NCBI GenBank assembly: GCA_019456225.1
Contig: VRUI01000039.1
Coordinates: 1 to 44,209, forward strand
DNA: 44,209 nucleotides
DNA from: Planctomycetota bacterium
GTDB lineage: Bacteria; Planctomycetota; Phycisphaerae; Sedimentisphaerales; Anaerohalosphaeraceae
Direction: 5' to 3'
The notes beneath the pieces were generated by a model. It did not search any database. It had not been told where the DNA came from and was given only the letters and a program-made list of their open reading frames with translations. Of this stretch, positions 37,714-44,209 are shown piece by piece (the stretch's first letter is position 1; every line of letters starts with the position of its first letter). The position numbers were made by a program, and so were the translations under genes.

Positions 37714-38358
37714 TAAAAACTAAAAAACTGAACCACTAATTAACACCAATTGACACTAATAAAAGAGAAAAAAAGCAGCAGTTGATGTTGTGGGAGTTTG
37801 GAACTAATAATAGTTTGTTGAGGATTTGGGAATTTGTGAATGGGTTCGCATGGCAGAGTTTTAAATGGTCGGGCAGTTTTGCAGAACGATATCTTATCTA
37901 TCTTGCCGAAAAAGGTGTCTGCCCTGTTGTATAATCATATAATGTGGTTTTGGGTTTGTTTTGGACGAGGTTTTTATATTTTTGCGGAGAATTCTCTTTT
38001 ATTTTGCGTCAACTCCGATTAATGTATATTTGTTAGTATATTTAATAACGTTGTGGAAAATGGGAGATTGATAATTGGGTAGTAAATAATACTAAAAAGG
38101 TGTCTGACCCCTAATTTTTGACCTGACCCCTAATTTTCTTTTAATTCTCTTAAAAGTTTTGTTACGACAGGATTTACTGCGATCGCTGATACGGGCCTTC
38201 AATCTGTTGCTTTTATACGTACTGATGGCAAGCCGACCTCAGGCTTAGTCTCTGTTAAAGGGTGCATTGCCAACAAACTCGCTATTGATGAGCAAGCCGT
38301 AGTAGTTGAAGCCAAGACTTTTATACAGTTTGGAACAAATATACCGATAATTGATTTT

Positions 38359-41073
38359 GTGTTTTTCCGTCGATTTTCCGGTGAGCGATCATCGCAAGTT
38401 GCAGCCTATGTTATTGATAACTCTGACGGCAAACTTGATGACAAAACTTTATCCGAGCTTCATCGCCAAGTCTGGCTTCAGGGAACAACTCCGCTACTTT
38501 ATATTGACGGCGCAAGCCAGATAGACATATTGGCTTGTGCGAGAGAACCCGACTTCTGGGATAATAACAAACAAGAGTGCAAATACAATCCCGCAAAAAC
38601 ATTAAAAAAAGATCTATTGACAACTGCCGGTCAAATTTCCGATGAGATGAAAAAGTTCTCAGCGTTAAAACTTGCGGATGGAACTTTTTGGGATGATCCT
38701 GATAATAGAAAATTGGCAAATCATGATAAGGCTGCGCACCAATCATTGATTCAGGCAATTGTCGATGCTGACAAGGATATTGATGGGGAAAATAATCCTG
38801 TCCAACGTCGATTACTTCTGTTGGTGGTACTCATTAAATATCTTGAGGATCGTAAAGTTTTCCCCAAGGCATGGTTTAGCGGATTTCAAAAAGGCGCAAA
38901 AAAATTCCTTGATGTTTTAAAAGATGGTGACCCTAAAGAAGTTTATCGACTGTTGAAGAATCTTGAGTGCAAATTCAATGGAGAAGTATTCGATCTTTCG
39001 CGTTTGGGCAAACAAAAACTCACGAAAAAAGCTCTTAGAACATTTGCAAAATTCGTTGAGGCGAGAACACTGAAGAACCAGCTTTACCTTTGGGATCAAT
39101 ACTCATTTGAACATCTGCCAGTTGAAATCATCAGCCATCTTTATCAGAGATTTATAAAAGATGGGCATGGAGCCGTTTATACACCCCCGTTTTTAGCAGC
39201 ATTATTACTCGATCATACAATGCCTTATAATAAGATGACCGGCAAGGAACGTATTCTGGACCCCGCATGCGGGTCGGGTGTTTTTCTTGTTGGGGCTTTC
39301 AAGAGATTGATTAATTTGTGGAGAAGCAAGAATAACTGGGAAAATCCTACTGTTGAAAAACTTAAAGAAACTCTTGGCAAATGTATTTATGGTGTTGATC
39401 TGGACAAGAATGCGGTTGATTTAACAGCTTTCAGCTTATCTTTGGCTATCTGCGATGCACTCAGACCGAATGTTATCTGGAACAAACTTAGATTTGACTA
39501 TTTACGTGAGTCTAATTTATTTGAGTCAGATTTTTTCGACTTACTCCTTGATTCTCAAAATGGCAATCAAAATATACTTGACACGAAATTTGATATTGTA
39601 ATAGGTAACCCGCCATTTGAATCCGAACTAACTGAGTCTGGAGAGAAAGTTGATCAAGTTGCACACCAGCAAGATAGTAGCCGAGGTTCGTTGCCCGATA
39701 AACAAACGGCGTATCTGTTTCTTGAGCAGGCCTTGACTGTTTTAAAGCCAAAGAGTGGTCGAATCTGCATGATTCAACCTCATGGGCTATTGTACAACAA
39801 TGGAACAGAAGTCTTTCGAACTAGTACATTTCAAAAATGCAAATTAAATACCATTCTTGATTTTATATCTATACGGAAATTATATGATGCAGCAGACCCC
39901 AAAACAATTGCGGTATTTGCTTGTGCTGGCAAACCTACAGCAAATCATTTCATAAACCATTGGACATTTAGACGAACAGTAAGTGTTAAAGAAAGAATTT
40001 GTTTTGAACTTGACCATTATGATTGTCATCGTATTTCACAGAGACAAGCTGAAACCGATCCATATGTGTGGCGAGCAAATCTTCTTGGTGGTGGACGGTT
40101 GGTCGAAATGTCACAACGTATTCGATCCATGCGTACGTTAGCCAAATACCTTGAGAACAAAAAAGACTGGGATTACGGTGAAGGTTTTATTGCAGCAAAA
40201 ACAGGGAAAAGAGAACCAGCTCCATTTCTAACAGGCAAACCGTTGTTGCCAACAAAAGCCTTTACAGAATCAGGCATTGATGAAAACCAAATTAGTACGG
40301 TAACAGATACACATTTTCGTTCTGCGTATACAGAAGATCGTTACAGTGCGCCAATTATTTTAATTAAGGAGTTAGATTCTCTTCCGATTGCTTTTCGGGA
40401 AGAAGGGTTTCTTGCATACCGTGACAAAATAGTTGGAATCCATGCATTACAAGCTCCTGTTGCTGAACTTCGCAGGCTTTATGAAATACTTCATGTAAAT
40501 CATAACACTTATCGATTTTGTTGCACGCTGAATGGTTCACAATCGCTGGTTAGCAAGGCAACTGCGATTCTTAAGCAAGACATTGATTTATTACCTTACC
40601 CCAAAGATCACAAAGACCTTCAGTTTTCTTTTTGGGAGCGTGCACTTTGTGAAGATGTACTTGATTATATAGCTGATTATGTTCGACTAGGTCAAAATTC
40701 AGAGTTGTTATGCAAGAAGGCTGATAGCAGTAATTTGAAGGAATATTCAAGGATATTTTGCCGAATGCTCGGTAGTATTTATGACAATCTAAAAGCGAGT
40801 ACTCCGATTTCTTGGAATAACTTGATATGTCAGCCATTTTATTTTGGCGATTCCCCGGAACTTACGTGGCTTGACAGTAGTGCGGAGGCTAATCTTGAAA
40901 AGCTAATTTATGATGAAAGCCATGAATGCCTGCGAACTGTAAGAGTTGTTCGTTTGTACGATAAAAATGTTTTATTGATCATTAAGCCTAACAGGTTACG
41001 TTACTGGATTCGCTCGACAGCGATTCGCGATGCAGACGACACACTTACAGAGTTATATGATCAGGGTTATTAA
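38359..41073 (+). CDS. MmeI-like type IIG restriction-modification protein: gamma-class N6-adenine DNA methyltransferase with N-terminal nuclease-like domain and C-terminal target-recognition region
   Basis: MTase motif I 'ILDPACGSGVFLVGA'. Motif IV 'IVIGNPPFES'. About 300-aa N-terminal domain and about 350-aa C-terminal region give MmeI-like domain order and size (904 aa). Start is GTG; the true start is uncertain within a few codons. Confidence 0.8.
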   Translation: MFFRRFSGERSSQVAAYVIDNSDGKLDDKTLSELHRQVWLQGTTPLLYIDGASQIDILACAREPDFWDNNKQECKYNPAKTLKKDLLTTAGQISDEMKKFSALKLADGTFWDDPDNRKLANHDKAAHQSLIQAIVDADKDIDGENNPVQRRLLLLVVLIKYLEDRKVFPKAWFSGFQKGAKKFLDVLKDGDPKEVYRLLKNLECKFNGEVFDLSRLGKQKLTKKALRTFAKFVEARTLKNQLYLWDQYSFEHLPVEIISHLYQRFIKDGHGAVYTPPFLAALLLDHTMPYNKMTGKERILDPACGSGVFLVGAFKRLINLWRSKNNWENPTVEKLKETLGKCIYGVDLDKNAVDLTAFSLSLAICDALRPNVIWNKLRFDYLRESNLFESDFFDLLLDSQNGNQNILDTKFDIVIGNPPFESELTESGEKVDQVAHQQDSSRGSLPDKQTAYLFLEQALTVLKPKSGRICMIQPHGLLYNNGTEVFRTSTFQKCKLNTILDFISIRKLYDAADPKTIAVFACAGKPTANHFINHWTFRRTVSVKERICFELDHYDCHRISQRQAETDPYVWRANLLGGGRLVEMSQRIRSMRTLAKYLENKKDWDYGEGFIAAKTGKREPAPFLTGKPLLPTKAFTESGIDENQISTVTDTHFRSAYTEDRYSAPIILIKELDSLPIAFREEGFLAYRDKIVGIHALQAPVAELRRLYEILHVNHNTYRFCCTLNGSQSLVSKATAILKQDIDLLPYPKDHKDLQFSFWERALCEDVLDYIADYVRLGQNSELLCKKADSSNLKEYSRIFCRMLGSIYDNLKASTPISWNNLICQPFYFGDSPELTWLDSSAEANLEKLIYDESHECLRTVRVVRLYDKNVLLIIKPNRLRYWIRSTAIRDADDTLTELYDQGY

Positions 41074-41075
41074 AT

Positions 41076-41789
41076 ATGGGCGGGGAACAAATTAATAAAG
41101 AGCAATATACAGGAAAAATCACATCAGGGATTAAGCTTCGAACTTTTCAGCTTACAATAATATCTTTTATTTGCCAGCAATTACCCAGTTGGCGAGATGA
41201 TCCTGATCGTCCCAACGAACAATCCGAGAATAAGTTGAATTTGCAATTATGCAAGTTTCTTAATTCTCACGCTTCGAACGATCTCCCGATGATTCGTTTC
41301 AATCATGAGGAATACCAGACTGGCCGTCGACAAGCTGACATGTCTGCATCGCCTGCTAAAAGTATATTTCTTGAAGCAAAACCTTATACAATCTATGACC
41401 CAGTTCTTGTTATTGAATGCAAGCGTCTCCCCGCCCATTCTTCAAGCCCAGAAAAAGAATATGTTACGAGCCCCACTCCAGAAAAAATAAGCGGTGGAAT
41501 TCAACGGTTTAAGCTGGGCCTACATGGAGCAAAATTAGATTTGGCAGTTATAATCGGTTATGTACAGGACCATTCTGCTCGCTACTGGCATAAGAAAATC
41601 GACGGGTGGATTTTGGAACTCGTAAGCAACCAAATAGGAGATGGTTGTAGTTGGACAGTCAATGAAACCCTGAAACCTCTTAAAGAAGATAAGACAAAGG
41701 GTGTTGCAAATTGTTGCTCACTCCATCATCGAACCTACGGCAATAAGATAGAACTCCATCATCTTTGGATTGCAATGAATCGCGAGTAA
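41076..41789 (+). CDS. Stand-alone PD-(D/E)XK-family nuclease candidate, co-operonic with the methyltransferase
   Basis: Start lies 3 nt after the MTase stop. 'RRQADMSA...YTIYDPVLVIECKRLP' gives a D...(hydrophobic)3-E-x-K arrangement typical of restriction-endonuclease-fold active sites. 237 aa. Confidence 0.5.
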   Translation: MGGEQINKEQYTGKITSGIKLRTFQLTIISFICQQLPSWRDDPDRPNEQSENKLNLQLCKFLNSHASNDLPMIRFNHEEYQTGRRQADMSASPAKSIFLEAKPYTIYDPVLVIECKRLPAHSSSPEKEYVTSPTPEKISGGIQRFKLGLHGAKLDLAVIIGYVQDHSARYWHKKIDGWILELVSNQIGDGCSWTVNETLKPLKEDKTKGVANCCSLHHRTYGNKIELHHLWIAMNRE

Positions 41790-41905
41790 GCACAGGAGAG
41801 TTGGGGTATTGTTTTTGTGCGGTTTTTGGGTACCCACAAGGGGTACTCCTACGGGTTTTTGTTTTGTTGCGGTTAGGCGCCCTCCGCCTTTGGCGGTGGG
41901 GTTGA

Positions 41906-41926
41906 CCCCGCGAATGAATCGCGGGG
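41906..41926. terminator. GC-rich hairpin ccccgcga-atgaa-tcgcgggg, one of three hairpins between convergent genes
   Basis: Read directly. Other hairpins at 41831-41847 (gtaccc-acaag-gggtac, followed by a T-rich run) and 41884-41896 (ccgcc-ttt-ggcgg). No clean T-tract follows, so terminator function is tentative. Confidence 0.3.
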
Positions 41927-41995
41927 CTAAATGTCCGGGTAATTAAAGGAGATAGTTTTGTATAACCGGCTCGAATTATCTGAAATTGATATCAG

Positions 41996-43240
41996 TTATG
42001 AATTCCTGATCAGAAATTCGCTGTTGAAATCGGCGCCGGCCGGCTGCTGGTATACTTTAAGCTCGAACTGAGGTACTACTGCCAGTATGTGGTCGAAGAT
42101 GTCTGACTGTATTGCTTCGTAGTTTGCCCACGCCTTGTCGTTGCAAAATACGTATATCTGTATCGGTAGCCCACTCGCCGTCGGTTCCAGCTGACGGACG
42201 AGGAATGTCATGTCCTTGTGGACCTTCGGATGGCTGCGGAGGTATGCGACGACGTACGCCCTGAACGTCCCAATATTGGTAAGCCGTCTGCCGTTGACCA
42301 TTTCCGAATCGTCGATATTGTTGGCGGCGTTGTAATCGGTCAGTTCCTTTTGCTTTTCGTCGAGGTAGTCGCTGATGAGGGCGAAGCGTCGGAATTTTTC
42401 GAGCATTTCATTCGTGCAGAATTTTATGCTGTTCATGTCGATAGACACCGACCGTTTGATCCTGCGTCCTGCCGATTCGCTCATGCCCCGCCAGTTCTTA
42501 AACGAATCGGAGATAAGCGCATAGGCCGGGATGGTGCTGATTGTCTTATCCCAGTTCTGCACCTTTACCGTCGTAAGCGTAATGTCGATGACGTCGCCGT
42601 CTGCCCCGAACTTGCTCATCTCTATCCAGTCGCCGATGTGGACCATCTTATTGGTCGAAAGCTGAATCCCCGCGACAAAGCCCAGTATCGAATCCTTAAA
42701 GATCAGCAGCATGATGGCTGTCATCGCACCCATGCCGGCAATAAGGTTTGACGGGTCCTTCTTCAAAACGACAGCGAGAACGGTTATGAAGGCCAGAATT
42801 GCGACGATGATCTTTATGACCTGGATGAAACCTTTGATCGGCATGCGTTTGGCAAACTCAAAGGTGCGGTAGATATCGACGACGGAATTCAAAAACGCGT
42901 CAACAACAAACAGCCCGATAAACACAAGGTAAAGATAGACAGCGGTATGCATCTTTTCAAGACCGCCCTCATACCCGGCAAAGACGAGAGGCCCGCACGC
43001 ATAAAACACGATCGCCGGGGCGATGTGCGAAATGCGTGTAAAGAACTTATTCTTTATGAGACAATTATCCCACTGGTTTTTGGTCCTTTTGGCGATAGCC
43101 TTGATCGCACGGAGAATCAGTTTTTTTACAAAGAGATTAACGATCCACGCAAAAACCGCAACGCCTACAAAAATAGCGATCCGAATAAGAACACGCTGCC
43201 AAAAAAATAAATCCATAACCCACTCAGTGAACTGTGCCAT
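41996..43240 (-). CDS. Mechanosensitive ion channel, MscS family
   Basis: Several N-terminal TM helices. The conserved MscS pore/beta-domain region 'IAGMGAMTAIMLLIFKDSILGFVAGIQLSTNKMVHIGDWIEM...GDVIDITLTTVKVQNWDKT' is present. 414 aa. Confidence 0.85.
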   Translation of the reverse strand: MAQFTEWVMDLFFWQRVLIRIAIFVGVAVFAWIVNLFVKKLILRAIKAIAKRTKNQWDNCLIKNKFFTRISHIAPAIVFYACGPLVFAGYEGGLEKMHTAVYLYLVFIGLFVVDAFLNSVVDIYRTFEFAKRMPIKGFIQVIKIIVAILAFITVLAVVLKKDPSNLIAGMGAMTAIMLLIFKDSILGFVAGIQLSTNKMVHIGDWIEMSKFGADGDVIDITLTTVKVQNWDKTISTIPAYALISDSFKNWRGMSESAGRRIKRSVSIDMNSIKFCTNEMLEKFRRFALISDYLDEKQKELTDYNAANNIDDSEMVNGRRLTNIGTFRAYVVAYLRSHPKVHKDMTFLVRQLEPTASGLPIQIYVFCNDKAWANYEAIQSDIFDHILAVVPQFELKVYQQPAGADFNSEFLIRNS

Positions 43241-43379
43241 AACAAAATCTCCAGAAAAATTTTAAATGCAACCCTAAGTCGCTGCACGCCATAAAATACA
43301 CCAAAACTGCCATTTTCGCAATACATCTCTATCACTATACAAGATTTTCAGTTTTAATCAGTGAAATACCCTCAAATAC

Positions 43380-44108
43380 ATGGTAAAAGGGATGCAGGCA
43401 AAGGTTCTTTTAAGGATTACGATTATGGCAGATAGAAATTTCACCGGCGATAAAAAAGTTCCCATGAAATCACTCCTTGCTGATCTCGAAAAACGGTTTA
43501 TTATGGCCAATGTGGGGAAATTCCCGAAATGGATCGAGGGTTATCATCTGACGCTGCTGACCATCCCATGGACCATAGGGCTGGTTGTATTCGGTTTTCT
43601 GGCGTCCAGGGGGAGTATTTCCTGGCTGTGGGGTTCGTCGCTTATGCTCGTTCTGCAGTGGTTTACGGACTCATTTGACGGTGCTCTCGGTCGAACCCGC
43701 AACACAGGGATCCCGAAATGGGGGTTCTATATGGACCATTTCCTTGATTATCTGTTCATGAGTGGGGTTTTCATCAGCTGGACGTTCTTTTTTGAGGGCC
43801 TAAACAACCTTTACGTCTGGTTTATGGTGATGGCGATGGGATCACTGATGGTAAACTCATTCCTGTCGTTCGGGGCGACGGGGGAATTCAAAATAACATA
43901 CCTCAGGACGGGACCAACGGAAATGCGGCTTGGATTTATCGCAATAAACACGTTTTTGATCATTTTCGGCAGTGAATTTCTGGACAAGATCGTCCTCTAT
44001 GTAATGCTTGCCTTTGCGGCAATGGTTGTGATAATAATCTACAGAACCCAGAAATACGTCTGGGCAAAGGACATGGAAGACATAAAAAACCGCCCTAAAT
44101 CGCAATAA
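43380..44108 (+). CDS. CDP-alcohol phosphatidyltransferase family membrane protein
   Basis: 'DSFDGALGRTRNTGIPKWGFYMDHFLDYL' fits the D-G-x2-(A/G)-R-x8-G-x3-D-x3-D signature. Multi-TM. Confidence 0.65.
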   Translation: MVKGMQAKVLLRITIMADRNFTGDKKVPMKSLLADLEKRFIMANVGKFPKWIEGYHLTLLTIPWTIGLVVFGFLASRGSISWLWGSSLMLVLQWFTDSFDGALGRTRNTGIPKWGFYMDHFLDYLFMSGVFISWTFFFEGLNNLYVWFMVMAMGSLMVNSFLSFGATGEFKITYLRTGPTEMRLGFIAINTFLIIFGSEFLDKIVLYVMLAFAAMVVIIIYRTQKYVWAKDMEDIKNRPKSQ

Positions 44109-44209
44109 ATGCGTATTTTAGCTATCTACAGGATCGGGTAGGAGGCGGGATTGCTCCCGCCGTCCTCCCACACCACCGGGCGTACGGTTCCGTACCACGG
44201 CGGTTCATG

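Noticed and set aside
1-44209. tRNA, rRNA and CRISPR searches
   Set aside because: I scanned by eye for T-loop/GTTCRANYC-type motifs and for regularly spaced direct repeats. Only short microsatellites and paired repeats were found. There is no cloverleaf-compatible region and no repeat-spacer periodicity. Absence cannot be proven without tRNAscan or a CRISPR finder.

Overview
This 44.2-kb window is a mosaic of housekeeping and accessory genes. The sulfatases, a prepilin-like N-terminus and secreted proteins suggest a Planctomycetes/Verrucomicrobia/Lentisphaerae-type genome; this is inferred from gene content only. The identifiable content, left to right, is as follows. There is a SIMPL-domain protein and an RluA-family pseudouridine synthase. 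There is an anaerobic sulfite reductase operon, asrA–asrB–(FNT/HSC-like channel)–asrC, on the minus strand. A rearranged accessory segment is bracketed by two 150-bp direct repeats and contains nested 78-bp repeats, gene fragments, a Zn-ribbon membrane protein, a secreted cysteine-peptidase-like protein and a secreted 575-aa protein. Two intact S1 sulfatases lie beside a degraded third copy. These are followed by a stand-alone EF-G paralog, an ExbD-like protein, a large secreted helical protein, clpX, and a HEAT-repeat-like protein. The most unusual block is a minus-strand cluster, PspA–PspA–NfeD/YqiJ–flotillin, followed by a 1819-aa protein with an AAA_5 (MoxR/midasin-like) P-loop ATPase. The PspA–flotillin part is bounded by a ~28-bp inverted-repeat pair and preceded by a 1.5-kb repeat-rich non-coding region. 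It is followed by a lower-GC island encoding an MmeI-like type IIG N6-adenine DNA methyltransferase whose N-terminal nuclease motif appears degenerate, plus a separately encoded PD-(D/E)XK nuclease. The window ends with an MscS channel and a CDP-alcohol phosphatidyltransferase. A 23–28-nt motif (AAAAGCCCGAAGCGCNAGCGCAGGGATA) recurs three times in intergenic DNA. No tRNA, rRNA or CRISPR array was recognised.
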